Both the position numbers and the translations under genes were made by a program. Shown piece after piece: positions 25,305-39,712 of a stretch of 64,000 nt of DNA. The notes below the pieces were generated by a model. It was not told the DNA's origin. It searched no databases and was given only the letters and a program-made list of their open reading frames with translations. Source of the stretch: Camelus dromedarius (taxonomy: Eukaryota); NCBI RefSeq assembly GCF_036321535.1, contig NC_087437.1:86988001-87052000 (forward strand), written 5' to 3'. Position 1 is the stretch's first letter. Each line of letters starts with the position of its first letter.

Positions 25305-28300
25305 GCGCACATGTACGTGTAGTATGTATAATTGTACATATTTTAGCTTTTATTGTGGAAACTCATTGATTAAAAATCCTTTTGCTGTCTTAATAAATGC
25401 TGGTATTTCCTATCAGCATTTATATTCTATATAATACCCATATCATAATAATTGCACCAAATAACTCTTATCTTAGAGTAAAATTCTTGAACCCAGGATG
25501 AATAAAACCCAGTAAAGACATCTTCTCCACCCTAGACCTCTCAAAACCTTACAGAACTCAATTTTATTTTATGTTGGGGTAACATGTTACAGAGGCCCAC
25601 AAACAGAAGCCTGTACTCAGATTGAAAGTGAGGTAAAATATCTCTCTGAATAAATCCTTCCTGTCAATTCACATGATGAGTGAAAATTGGAGTCCAGTAG
25701 GAATCAGAGAAAGAGCAGATAAGCAAGCCCCTGCTGGGAGAGACCATTCAGAGCAAGGCGATGATACCCTGCTATCCCCCTGTCCAGCGCACTTCACCAG
25801 AACGGACACCTGTCACACAGAAATGGAGGCAAGCGGGCTCACACAGAAATCTTTTCCATCCTTACTTCTTCAGTTTCCACTCACTGCTATAAGAACATTC
25901 TGAAATAACATTGCCATTTCACGATTATTACTCCCAAAGGTTTGTTTTGTAAGACAGATGTTAGACAGGGATGCAGAAATGCACAGGCTTATTTACAGAT
26001 AGCTTACACAATATGAGGAAAATATTACACACATTGATTAAGGTTTTATCTTGCCTAAGGTTCCAGTTTTAAAAAATGGTCTTGAAGAAATTATAAATGA
26101 ACAACAGAACTTCTTTAAAAGTAAAGATTGAGATAGAAAAAAAAAGCCCAATTTATCTCTAAGAGAGTTAATATTTATTACTCACTTATAAATAATATTA
26201 TTTACTTTTGTAAATCTTTACCCTTGCAAAGATTTGACATTCATTTAAAAAATTGATCTTAAGACTAAATGTTTCAAAGCATGAGTTGTATTTAGTGCCA
26301 GAGACCTTTAATCAAATTAGAATGTTACAAGGATGAGCACTAAAATCACTTTTATGTAATAAAAATAATAGAAAAGCAAAGTGATCAAATATTTTGAAGG
26401 ACCACATATTTTCTAAATCAAGATGCATTTGTTGGATCAAATTACTTTTTCATGCAGCAGTTCTATGCAGACACATCCTTGATCCTTTTGTGGTTTAAAC
26501 AGGTTTTTCTGAATACTTCCCTTTAAAATATATTGCCAGTGCAAAGTGAGATAACATACCTTCTTCTGAGAGTCAAATGCTAAATTATTCTGTTTGTTTT
26601 ATTTATGATTTAAGATAACTGTCTCATTCATCAATAGTAATGCTAACCACAGTCTTCGGGAGACATAGACTAAGCCGTTCAAATGAATGGCTATAAAGTG
26701 AACAGCTTGTGCCAAAGGATGATTCATTTGATTTAAAACACATTTGTAGAACAAATTCTGGAACTGTGCACACTTGTTAATTTTCCCTTTTGTGATTCTC
26801 CTCTTTTGTAGGTTGGCAATCAAAACCAACATCTAGACAGTGCCAAGTCTGATGAAGTGGTTAAGAGCATTCCTGGAAGTGGCATGTATGCCAATGCATC
26901 AGCCTTTTGCAATTAGAAGAAATGAAAAGTCTGCTAGTTATGAATAAAAGCTGTTGCATGGTTTTGGGGTTTTCTGCTTAAAAAAAAAAAAAAAAAACTT
27001 GGAATACAGAAGCCTCAGCCCAAGCTTGACGGTGACATGGGGACTGCCAGAAGTAGTCAGTATGTTCCATCACATTACAGAGCCATTGAGGCCCAAATTT
27101 GTATCTCAGTCCTCTTCAAGTTCTAGGTCATGCATGACTAGTGAAATTATGAATTGTCTTAGAAGCTTCTATTGATACACCTTGTCTCCTTATTTGCAAA
27201 GTCTTCTAGGACTGACTGATTCCAAAAATTTGAGGTGGATCAGTCTTTGATTCTAAGAGGGGTTGATGTCAATCCCAATTTGATCTGAATCTTTCAGAAC
27301 AGATTGATTATAAATTACGCAGAACCTTGTGGTAACATTTTCTTCCCTACCTCTCCACGCCATAATGATTTTACATTTTTAGAACTGAACACAGCTTTTA
27401 GGTAATTCCCAGGCTAAAAGTGAATCATAGAGAATTGCACTATAGAAACAGTGAACTTGATACTAAAGCCCAGCACCAGACATATTCTAGGAACTCTTCA
27501 AATATTCGATTACTTAGAAACTGTTTCTCTTCAACATAGATAACCAAGGTTGACCAGGATATAAAAAGTTTTCAGAAAAGACATTTTTTTCCTGTTTTAA
27601 AATTTTGCTACTTGTCAATCTCAGTCTTTTTTTTTTCCTTTCATATCACTGTGCTTTATAGTAAACTAAATAGAAGAACATAAACTAGAACAAATTCTTC
27701 CCATCAACAGATTGCCCCTAAAAATTCTAAATGTATCAGACAAGAGAGCTGCAGATTACTGACCTAGAGAAGACACTGGCTGCCGTACTTAGGGAAACTC
27801 CACACATCTCCTTGATAAGTTATCATCCATACTTTCTCTGATTTTATGAACTGTTTCTCAGTTTACCTGGTAGAAACAGGCCTTGAATAAAAGATTCCTG
27901 TACAAGAAGTGAATGTTAATTAAGGGCCTGTTCATTAAATAAGTAGGGAAGCTAATCTTTCAGGGAAACTTAAAGACATGAGAACGAAGACATCTTGTTA
28001 ATGTGCATAAATAGAAGGCAATGACAATTGTGGCCACAGCCACATCTCAAAACCATTAGCCAAAACGAAGTAACAACAACAAAAAAATCACTGAAATAAA
28101 GAAAAAATATATGAACAACAAACACATAGGATTTCCCCAGAAAAGGGCCATAATTGTACAAAAATTGATTTTACAGAGAATGGACTACCTAGAATCATTT
28201 ATTTTCATACCATTTAAGAGCAGATGTAATACCATTTCCATACTGGCTCCCTTAATCCCTTGGTCGTTCTGTTACGCTCTTACTTTATATCCACTGTAGA

Positions 28301-28649
28301 GCTGTAAATGTTCTGTCTAGGTCCACGGCACAAAGGAGATGAACAACAGCTGGAGCAGTTAGAAAGGGCGCATCGCATTTTTACCCTGTGGTTTAGCAAC
28401 TTCTTTATCCTCATCCAATTCAGTTCATGACCTGTTTCAGGCAGTGACTTTCTAGAGTCACCCACTTTTTCCTTCTTTCCTCCTAGGGTTGAGAGAAACA
28501 AGTTTTCCTTTTTCTTCTCATGACTAATACCTGTCATTAATTCCATTCCTTCCCCTCATTACTTGAATCCTCAAGGCCCTGCTGACCTGGCCATTACATT
28601 GCTAACCCACATTCTTCTTCCCTTCAATGGCCTGCTTCCACTGAGGGCA

Positions 28650-28870
28650 AAGTGCTGGTTAAGCACGCAGGCCCTGCGGTCAGATTGCTTGAGTTCAAAT
28701 CATGATGCAGCAACATCTGGTGAATTTACGGTACATTACTTAATGTCCTTGCCTCAGTTTCTTCCACTGAAAAACTGGGAAAATAAGAGTTTCTGCTTTA
28801 TAGGGTTTTTTCTTCATGAGGACTGCATTCAATGACACACAGAACACCATTAGCATGGTGCCTGTCCCAG
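28650..28870. mobile_element. MIR SINE
   Basis: ggttaagcacgcaggccctgcggtcagattgcttgagttcaaatc...tgcctcagtttcttccactgaaaaactggg...tagcatggtgcctg. Confidence 0.8.
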
Positions 28871-29439
28871 ACTATATCCTTTAACATTTGCAATACAACT
28901 TCTGTCCCCAAATTCTGTCACTCTCAGTTGTCTCAAGTGGTAGCACACCTCCCCCACTACCAACTTTAGTAGCTTTTGCATTCTGATCTACTTCTTCCAA
29001 ACCCCTAGTATTCAAATGCCCTGCTCATCCCTTCTTTCTTCTTATATCTTTCACTTTAAAAGTATCTAAAAGTCTCTATTTGGATAAGGACCAAGTTAGC
29101 CACTAGGAAGGAGACAAATGTGGGCCATGCCTGGATCCTGCCCTCGAGAAATGGAGAGCACAAGAGGGAAGATTAAGTGCATATAAAATATCGTTCTAAT
29201 GTAAATTAGAATAGAGCGGCACCGTAAGAGATACCGATAACTGAGAATGCAGAGCTGTGGGAGGTCAGATGAAAGCACAATTCCTTCACACCGAGAAGAA
29301 TTAGAGAAAATTAATAGAGGTACTGGCATTTAATTCGGGTCTTGCAGGATGAATACATAAATACTGAACAAGTGTATCTCAGGTGAAGGTTACCAAATTT
29401 GCAAAACTTCCTGTAGAACAAGAAAGAGTTAAACTTATC

Positions 29440-30270
29440 TTTGACTATGGTTGGAGATTTGCATGAAGCCTACACAAGAATGGTCTTAATTTCCAGGCTA
29501 AGAAGTTTGACTTTTTTCCTGTGTATCATGGGGAGCCATTAAAGCTTTTAGAATAAGTAATCAACATGATCAAAACTGTACTCAATAAGATTAATCTCAC
29601 CATGATTTCATTACAGTTCAGCAGATGTGGACAAGACTGGGTGTCTGCTTTTGAGAAGTTACAGCATCGGGTAAGGGCAGTGACGGAGCTATGAAGGGGT
29701 TCCTACAGGGGTTCAAGGGAGGCTTGCTTACTGAACTTCCTGTGGAAAGCGCCTCGTGAACTAATTTTTCGTGAGATGAGAAATGAATAGGTGAAGAAGG
29801 AAAACAGAATATCCTGTAAGTGAAAACAGCTAAAATGTTCAAAATGGTGTGAAATGGTAAAGAGTTTATGAAGATGACAAGAAATTATATTCATACAGCA
29901 TAAAGTGGAAAGGTATTAAATGGCAAGTGGGCATGGAGCGGGTCATGTGGAGCTGTGTAAGCCACAGAAAAGCACTCAGATTGAAGGCGGTTTGTAAAAC
30001 AAATGAGGTGGAAGGACGTCCAGACTAGTGGTTACTGTAATAGTACAGATAAAAGATGATGAGAACCTGAAGTTAGAAATATCAGCAAAGACAGAAAGGA
30101 TGTTGTAGAAATAAGGAAAGAGTTTGTGCTGCTGGGGCCAACAGGGCATAACTGACCATCCAGCCATTTGATAGACATTTACTTAATACCCACTACAATT
30201 CAAGCTCTGAAGAAATATATCAACGATGCATCAATGAATATAAGTGGACAAAAGTTCCCTGCCTTCATAA
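29440..30270 (-). mobile_element. Fragmented L2 LINE remnants
   Basis: L2-like motifs aagaagtttgactttttt...atggggagccattaaag and gtaatagtacagataaaagatgatgag. Confidence 0.55.
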
Positions 30271-33121
30271 AGCTTGTATTTCTTGAGGAGGATTAAAAGA
30301 GGGGATAAAAAGAGAGTATGGTTTCTTAAGTTACAATCACATATTCTAAAGCTGCCTCCTTCCTCTATGCTGGAAGCTACCTATTGCCATTCTCCAAGAT
30401 CTTATCTTTGGTCCCATTTTTTAAAAAAATTCTATACTCTATATATTGACTCTTTTTCAAGTCATGATATCCAAATATACAATTTATATTTAAGTTCTTT
30501 CCCAAGAATCTGATTTCAATAGTCATTTGTTTAAACTCATACAACAATTTGGATGAACAACCTATATGTTACCTTATCTCATCAATTCCAAAATACTCTT
30601 ATCATGTGTTTTCCTCTTTCCTGATCTTGATCAATGGTTTCATCATGCTTTATGCCAAACTTGTTTAAATTATTTTCATGCCTGAGTGAGCCACAAGTCC
30701 CCTTTGCTCTTTAATTCACATCTGCTCAATTTGTACATTTCAGTTTTAATCTCTAAAGGTCATCTTCCTCCTTTCTTCAAATTTAGTTTAGACCTTGCTA
30801 TCTCTCTTTGTGTTACTGTTAGTTTGTCACTTGGTTTCCCTTGCAATTTCATTCACTTCCCTAAATCATAGATCAGGCAATGTCATTCACCTGCATAGAA
30901 ATCTACATGCTTTTCTGCCCATCCTGTCCCAGACCATCTATCACATACAAAAGCACCACTACACAGAAAATGAAGAAGCAATTTGCATGCATGCTTGACC
31001 CGCAAGAAGTTGCATGGTAGACTCTGCAGGGAGATGGGACTTCCATGTTAGAGGAAAGCAGGAGGCAAATATACTGTTCAAAGACACTGGGAGACTGACC
31101 CTGCTTTGGCCCCCATTCCCCTCTGACTATTGATATTATTGTTGTTGACTTGGTTCAGGAATCAAAAAGGTTCAATATTTGTAAATATTCCTGAAACTGA
31201 AGAGCAGATTCTTGGTGCTTTTTTCCAGAATGTATAACACAGAACTGAGTATTGAAGAGCAGGGTGCAGCAAGGGTAGCGTACGTCTCCAAGTCGGCCAG
31301 GACCTTTGCTGCACAGAGAGTCACCCAAGGCTGCTGTCCTATCAGAATTCTGGGAGCCAGGGTGCAGAGCTGAGCCCAGATATGCTGTCTCTGCTCTTGT
31401 GCCTGTAGCTCTCTCACTTCACTTAAGTTTTGTATCCCTGACTAAATATGTCTGGAAATGCAGGTGAGTGAGTGTGCGTCTGTTTTAGGCAAACTGAACC
31501 CCTGGAATACCTCAGACCTCAAACCACCTTTCCAGCCCGCATCCCCCACTCAGCCTTCCTCTCTCCTAGGCTTGAGATGAATGGACTCTGCTGAAGAGAC
31601 AGTTACCTCCCCAGCCTCCTGCTTCTGTTCCCAGTCTTTAATGTTTTCGTTCCCTTTTGCACCTATCAAGTCCCTATTTACCTTTCATTTTCCACCCCTT
31701 CAATTAAACCTTTCTCAATTCTCAAACTGGAAATAAGTATTCCTTTTTTATATTGATGCATTTTGATTGCACAAACTATATTTATTTGATTAAATGTTGA
31801 AGTCATTATAAATTTCTTTTCTGCAAGCATGTATTAATTATTATACCCCCCAATACATAGCACAATGTTGGTCACATTACAGTATTCAATAAATATTTTT
31901 GGAATTAAGTTGAATAAATAATAAAATTATTGTTACAAAAGTACAGTCACTTTATGAAATGAATTTAAAGAAAAAAATTTAAAAGCAGCAAAGATTGACT
32001 GAAATGCAGAAGAAAACAATAACTCAACACTGGTTAATGCATATTTTGGGGTAGGATCTATATGTCACACTGATTGACTCAGCCCTACTCCACAATGAAT
32101 TTGGGGGAAAATCAAATACAAATGAATGTTAAGATCCTTCAGAATTAAATAGATTCAAGAAATATTGACAAAATAATGACAATCTTTTATATTTGCATAA
32201 AATCTAGAAAAATAAGTGTTGCATTTTGAGGCCACTATAATATTAGTATCCACAAGTCTGGTTTTTACCCGAAGGCTTACTCATCTTCTGGTCTACAAAT
32301 TCAATATGCCTGGCCTCTGGCCAAGCACTTCATCTAAGCTCAAACTCAAGTAGAGACATCAAATGTGAGAGGGCTGTAGATTTTCTACCTGTCTGCAGCC
32401 TGGCAATTGGGAAAACAGTTTCTTCCTAAGAACTTACAAGTGCTCGTGGACCAGATTCAGCTACTCAGTGCTAGGGATTCCCACACTTAATGTCAGAGAG
32501 TTTGATCCTATAGGATTAGCTTGAAATCGGTACATACTGGTGTGTTGAAAAGCTTCTGAGCATTTTTTAAAGCAATTTCATGTTTAAGAATCACTAAGCT
32601 GAGGTTTTTCATTGATATCACCACCCAAAGATGATAACCACGCCATCTGAGTGATGCTAGTGTCAGTCACACACTGTCCTAGACAAAGAGATGCCCCTCA
32701 AAGGCTGAGAAGGAGAAGATAGGTGGTGAAGGCTGTCTCATAAAGCCCGACAATGTTCCTAAAATTCTATCCAAAGGAGGCACATAAGAAAGTAATCTCC
32801 AAAAGTATAATGTTCATATGAAAATATTTACCAATAAAAAACAGTACATTGCTCTTGATAAGTGGTCACACAAAAGTCTTGAAACTCAACATATTTGGGA
32901 TAGGATTGGGGGTGGGGGTGACGTTCTCTGATGCACTAGGCATTGTATTCCAAGGAAGACCTCAGAAAAGACACCCAAAGTAGAATCAAGATTCACCAAA
33001 AGAGAATTTCAGTATTGTCAGCGGGTGAAATTCAAAGATTCTTATTGTCTGTGTAACAATTTATTCTGGCATTCCCCTTACACGTATGGTCTAGAAATTT
33101 ATTCAAAAGAGAGATAGCAGT

Positions 33122-33166
33122 CACACACACACACCCCCAGACACACACACACACACAGGCACACAC
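33122..33166. repeat. Interrupted (CA)n microsatellite
   Basis: Read directly from the sequence. Confidence 0.9.
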
Positions 33167-33182
33167 CACTGCCATGGGGGAC

Positions 33183-33617
33183 TATGATGGTTAATTTTCT
33201 GTGTCAACTTAGCTAGTCTGGATGTCACTCTGATGGTGTATTTCAAAGGAGATTAACATTTAAATCAGTAGACTTGAGTAAAGCAGATTGCATTCCATAA
33301 TGTGGCTGGATCTCATTCAATCACTTGAAGGCCTTAAGAAGAAAAAAAAGACTGAAGTCTTTCCTATGAAAGGGGGAGTTCTGCTTCCAGACTGCTTTCA
33401 GACTCAGCTGCAATACCAGCTCTTCCCTGGGTTTCCAGCCTGCCAGACTGCCCTGTAGATTTAGACTTGCCAGTCCCCACAATCATGTGACCCAATTTCT
33501 TAAAATACACCACTCTCTCTCTTCCTTTCTCTCTCTTTCTAAATAGATAGATGAATAGATAGACAGACAGATAGACATCGTATTGGTCTGTTTCTCTGGA
33601 CAATGCTGACTAATACA
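33183..33617 (+). mobile_element. MLT2-family (ERVL) solo LTR
   Basis: Begins tatgatggttaattttctgtgtcaactt and ends tctgtttctctggacaatgctgactaataca, matching recalled MLT2 termini. Internal gagtaaagcagattgc and a CT/GATA simple repeat. Confidence 0.9.
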
Positions 33618-36059
33618 GAGATTAATATAACTCAGTAAATCCTTTCCAAAGATACTACAAGACCAAAAGAAAAAAAAAAAAAAGCAAATCTAGATACATA
33701 GCTTTATTTAGGATAAACTGATAGAGCTGTTTCCTTTGGTGTCACAGCCACCATCTTGCAAATCTTCTCACAGCGGGGGCTTGTATAAATTCTCTCATTA
33801 AAATTCTAGGAGGAAAATGGCGATTGAAATGGACCGGACTAAAGTTTTGGCTTGTGTTAATAAATATAATCCTGGTCAATGAGAACATTTTCTTAAACTC
33901 TGAACAAATAAATGCAAGACTTCATTCGCCTGGCATATTTTTGGCTCTCATTCTGGTGGCTATTCTTCGGATGGCTTGAGCTTCCCTGCCATCCCTCCCA
34001 TGTTGTGTACTTCCTGCCATCTGTCAATCTGGTGCTTTTCACAAACACGCCATCACACATATTAAGCACTTTCCCCTGTGTCCCACTTCCCAACACCTCT
34101 CCACCCCATACACATATGCATGTGTCTACTCCTCCTTCAGTGTTCTGGGAAAGTGTCTTTCCACTCTATTTTCTGCATTGCTCAGTACAGAGGTCATACA
34201 AAGCTTTCTGGTTATAGCCTTTATGCCTTAAAAAAAAAAAAAACAACTGCAGGCTGTGTGCAGGTGACTCTAGCTAGAATGAGAGGCCCTATAAAGAAAT
34301 ACAGACAATAAAAGCAGCTGTCTGACACCAACTGCAGTAGAAAGGCAGCTGCTTCCTTTCCATCGAGGTGGAGCAGGGCTCGCTCCTAGGCAGCAGTTGT
34401 CACACCAGCAAGAATAAACAATTATTTGGAGAACAAAAGGAAAATGATGGAGTTTCTCCCTGAATCAAGGACACACGTCACGAATTTCCTTCTTTACATG
34501 GTTCGTTCCTCAAGATTTGAGACGTGTACATCTCAGAAAGAGAGGAACACATACTTGATTAATAGCAGCTCGTCCCACTTCGAAAAGATGAGATGGATCA
34601 TTATAATTATTTTTGAAAGGAATAATTGTGCTTATTATTTCTGGAGTGGGGTCATCTCACATAGCTGTTCTTAAGGTTTTATACTATTATGCTTTAAACG
34701 CACGGGTCTTTAGCGCCTTCAAATTATAATCAGGACCTTGGGGAGGGAGGCGTCCTCACACTTCATACTTTCACTTAGAACATATTTAAAACATAGTGTT
34801 TACTCTGGGAACAAAGGCCATATTAAAATCTTTTTTTTCCCTGTAGCACTAACTTAGGTCATCATTCTATGACAGATTCAGATACCTCCTGTCAGAAGAA
34901 GTCACGGAGAGAGAATTATTAAACCATGATCAAAGGCCAACTCTCATATAGTTTCCCCACTGCTGGTCTTGTGAAACTCAAGTTATTATCACCTCTCCAG
35001 GCTAAGGGAATAGCAAGGATTGGGCAGAGGGGAGAAGGACACAGGTCTGGGGAGGTGAGTGCTCAAAAAATGCTCATCTTTGCTCCAGGAACCCATAAAG
35101 GGGGAATTTCATTAAGTAAAAGCAACCTTTCAGTATTCCCTAGACTAAACTGTGAAACATTTTTGAAAAGCATAAAATCCTTATTTATGGCAGGAATGTT
35201 TGAAATTCAAAAGATAAATGCCATTCGGAATGCAACCATGTTCTAGGTATCTAATATGTAATGGGACACAGCTGTAATAACAGCCACTGAACCGGGGGCC
35301 TCTCTATATCATGTCATTAGTTGACTTGTTATAAGCTGATCTTATAGACCTTTTCATAAGGGCCACTGGGGTAAAAAATAAATATATCATGCACCGAACA
35401 TCTGTGGTTCTGTCACAAAGCACTGCTCGTATCAACTTTCAAGCTTGTATCTTAGGCTACACATGACACCCCTTTAAAAACTTAACAAAATGTATAGATT
35501 AGGAACTCATAGGTCTCTATTCCAAAGGGCAAAGGATACAAGACAACCTGGGTTGTGCCTGTGGGCAACACTAGTGGCATCTTTTAAAAATTGTCTTAAG
35601 TGTCATCTTTTGGGTTCAAAATCTTACTCTAGGTAAGATGCTGCAGGTGAATATTTTACATGTGAGAGTTAAGTGAGGAAAAAAATGCCAAGTGTCAAGC
35701 TATTGACATATTAAGTCATCAAAACCATAAGGCAGCATTTAGGAACACACAATTATTAACAGCAATTCCTGCTTGAGGTTTTAAAAAAAATAAACCTATC
35801 TGGTCATAGGAGGCTATTTCTTTCATCTTTTCAATAGTCACGTAAAAAATAATGCCCATCTCCTTTAAAAAAAAAACAGAAGAAGGGAATAAAACATTTG
35901 AAAGTACTAGCAAATACTATCAGTTACAAAGTATTTTAGAAAAAAAAAGAAATATCATTAATCCACATAACGAGATAATTAATGATAATGAACACTAGTA
36001 TAGTTATGAGAGGTTTGTTTGTGTAGAGAAGGCATGGGTGGGGGGAAGGGATTGAGGTA

Positions 36060-36290
36060 GTGGGTATTTTAAATAATCTGGGCAGGATACGAAGGGACTA
36101 GGGCCTTAGCAATGGATATGGTAAGAAGTGGTCTGGTTCTAGTCTGACTTTGAAGGTATATTATATAGAATATGATGATGGATCAGATGTAAGGTGTGAG
36201 AGAGAGGAATCAAGGATGACTTCACCAGCTCTGATATGGATAACTTGGAAGGATGCAGTCACCAGTACCTGAACTGGGGAGGCCTCTGGG
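36060..36290 (-). mobile_element. L2 LINE fragment
   Basis: gatggatcagatgtaaggtgtgagagagaggaatcaaggatgacttc...aacttggaaggatg, a typical L2 ORF2 antisense motif. Confidence 0.7.
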
Positions 36291-39200
36291 TTATTGACTC
36301 CATATTGACAATAGTCAACGAGAGAGTGCTGATGGGCAGCAGTATATTTCTCAAAGGGTTCTAAATTTACCCTTGGTGGTTTGAGACAAGATCGTAGGTG
36401 TTATATGGACAAATATTTAGTAAGTGATATTAGCTTTCCATACACAGGAGTAAAGTTTTCAAATACATTTTAGGCAAAAAAAGAGATTTAAGTACATTGA
36501 TTTTGATTGAAAATGGTGGTAAACGGTTGAAGCAAAATTCCTGAAAGCATCCAGTTGTTTACTGAAAATTGGGAAATAGTGTTGTATTGAAAAGCCCTGG
36601 GTTCAGATTCTCCTTAGTCACGTAAGTTAGATAAATGGGGCTAGTTAACTAAACTTGAAAATAGTTTCTTCTTCTACATGTAAGGTTAATAGTGCTCAAA
36701 TTACAGGGTTGTTTTAAGGCTTAAATGTTGCCTGTAAAATACCTAATACAGTATTTGGCAAATACCTGGCATTCCACACCTGGTTGCCGTATTGTTTAAA
36801 TAATAAATACGATTTTGCGCCCGTTAACCTTAACCCTTAAGCTATTAGAACGACCCAAAGATACGCACAAATAAATACAAAGTATCAAATGCCTACCAGT
36901 TCATTTAAATAACTACTGATAATAGAGAAATGTTTCTCATCGAAATATGTATAAAATCTTTTTTAAAACTTCATTCAGTATTCTAAAAACTGTAGCAAAT
37001 AATTGTCTAAATAGCAGCATTATGTGTGGAATGCGCATAAATTTTAGAATCTCCTTAAGTACTTCCCAAGAAGACAGTTAAACTCGTATCTCCCAACCAA
37101 TTATATACAAAGATTGACCTGGATAAAGAATGGAGCCTTTTTTCTTTCTATCTAATTCCTCTCATGGATTTCTCTTTTTGAAACTCATTTCAACAGTTTT
37201 TTTTTTTTAAATTTTAATAGCGAGAGTGAGCAATATCTTTTAACATTTATAAATAGTCAATATTTGTAATCACGGATGTCCTCACAAATATTACCTGAAA
37301 AAGTAGTCAAACCTGGCATGCTATTATGTCATCAGTGCTAAATTATGGCCACATATCTCCAGAACAATGAGAACCTTTATGTTTACAATGATTATTATGA
37401 ACATTTCTGAAATTCTGACCTTTTCTTAAATACCTGGGATGAAGAGTTACTTTCATGATAATCACTATCAGTTATATTTTAGTGCTTTCTAGTTTCATAT
37501 ACTTCTAAAAAGTGAGATATAATTGCACATAATGTGTAAGTTTGAGGTGTATAATGTGTTGGTTTGATCCTAGTTTCGTACACCTTATATGGTAACTGCC
37601 TATAAATTTGCATATTTAACTAAATAGATACTTAATTCCATACTAATAACAAAAAGCTTGATTGGGCAATAGGAGAATGAATGCCAGACAAATTGATAAA
37701 CAAGTCAGACAGATGTGGAAAATTTCACCAGACAGCTCTTAACATTTGTTCTCTTTCCATTATTATAACTTCACATATCTTGGCTAATTGCTTTCTACAA
37801 ACCAGACACATTTAATTGTGATATCATTAAACTATACAAACAACTATCATTTAATTTGCACATAATTGAAAATATTTTATTTCTTTTCTTTCCTCCTCTT
37901 AGTGAAAATCTTTGGTATAGTGTATTTTTTTTAGCATCATGTAACAAAAAAAATCACAAAAAGATACTTTAAAAAATCTCTCCTTTAGTAATAAAAAAAG
38001 CTGAAGCTATTATACATAATTTGGCATTATCTGTGAATTCGAGATGAATGTTTCACTGTGTGGCTTCACTGAGCTGCTGATGCTTATTGAAGTCTCTTGG
38101 CAGCTGGCCTTGCCTGCCTTTTCTTGGCCAAACCAATCAATTTCATGCTGGTTTCTTAAAACCTTTAAGATCTCCTACTAAACTGAGAGCTCCTTGAAGA
38201 TAGTAGCCACATCTTAATCATCATTTTATCCACATGCATTCAGCCATAGTACCTGGTTCATACTATGTGCTCAGTCAATGCTTAGGAAACAGAAAAAAGC
38301 AATTACTAATTAAATGTGTTACGTATTGCCGAAGAAAACCAGGAGTTAACTAAAAGCTATTTTGATCTTCAAAAGTATGTTTGTTGTAAATGTTCCAAAT
38401 GTTCATTAAAAACATTAACTACCAAGTATTGATCACTTATAAGTAGCAAACACTGTAAGTGTTTCCATAGGCATCTGTTCTGGTCTCCCCTACATCTCTA
38501 TTAAGACATAATCCTTATTTAACAAATAACATAGTTAAGAGTAAAACTATACAAGTTCAAATGACTTAAAACACACACATGTACACATATAAATAATAAG
38601 TTGCTGCAAAATCTAGTTTTTAATCTAGCTGTTTTATATTGGGACTTTAATAATGACATCTATCTTCCATCTGCAATAATAAGAATTTATGAAAATAGCT
38701 TAGAATGGAAACACATCTCAAGTAAGACAGATGAGATTCATTTTTAAACTTTTCAGAAGTAAAGTTTTTAAATTAAACCAAATTATTTTACCATATCAAT
38801 TCAAATCAAGAAAGATGCATGTTACATTTTAAATCTTAGTTCTTTACTGGGAGTAAATTGTATATTAGGCAATATATTTCAGATGTCAACTATGAAAAAC
38901 TTTTTTGAAAACATTTTAATAGAAGGAAAATAAAACATGCTCTACTCAATGAAAGTGAAATAAAGACTCTCTTTCCTTGGCATGCTGGAAATCTACACGC
39001 GTAACCGTTATGTGTGCTCCTTCTTAGAGGATATACACACAATTATCCTCCAGATGAACAAAGATGGACAAACTCGGCCCCAAAACTCTATTCAAATAAC
39101 ATGATGAGCCAAACCAATAAAAGTACATGAGATGCAACATTTCTCTTTAATACATCTGTAGTGAGCATAATTATTTGGGGGGCATTTAAAATTTTCCCAT

Positions 39201-39485
39201 CTTGAGAATATAGTAAACTTACTAAAATGTACTTTAAAAAAACAACATTGTAGTGACTAAAATTAAAAGGTGAGCATTTTCTAAGTAATTGCAAAATCTT
39301 TGTTTTATGTCACAACATGATCCTTGGTAAAAGTGTATTACTTTAACCCTTTATCTTGAATGACTATTAGAATATTCATTTGTCACTTGATTTCTTTCTG
39401 TATCTCTTTTCTTTAATCTTTATAGACATTCTTTATGTTATTATCCCTTTATTATTCTTACCAATCTTTTTTTAAAACTTGAGCA

Positions 39486-39712
39486 TTTTTTAATTAAAAT
39501 ATAATCAGCTACAATGTGCCAGTTTCTGGTGTACAGCACAATGTCCCAGTCATGCATATACATATATATGTTCATTTTCATATTCCTTTTTCATCAAAGG
39601 CCATCACAAGATACTGAACATAGTTCCCTGTGCTATACAGAAGAAACTTTTTTAAAAAATCTATTTTTACATACAGTGGCCAACACCTGCAAATGTCAGA
39701 CCCCAATTCTAT
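39486..39712 (-). mobile_element. 5'-truncated lineage-specific L1 3' end
   Basis: Reverse-complement homolog of 42180-42418; contains atagttccctgtgctatacagaaga. Confidence 0.85.
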
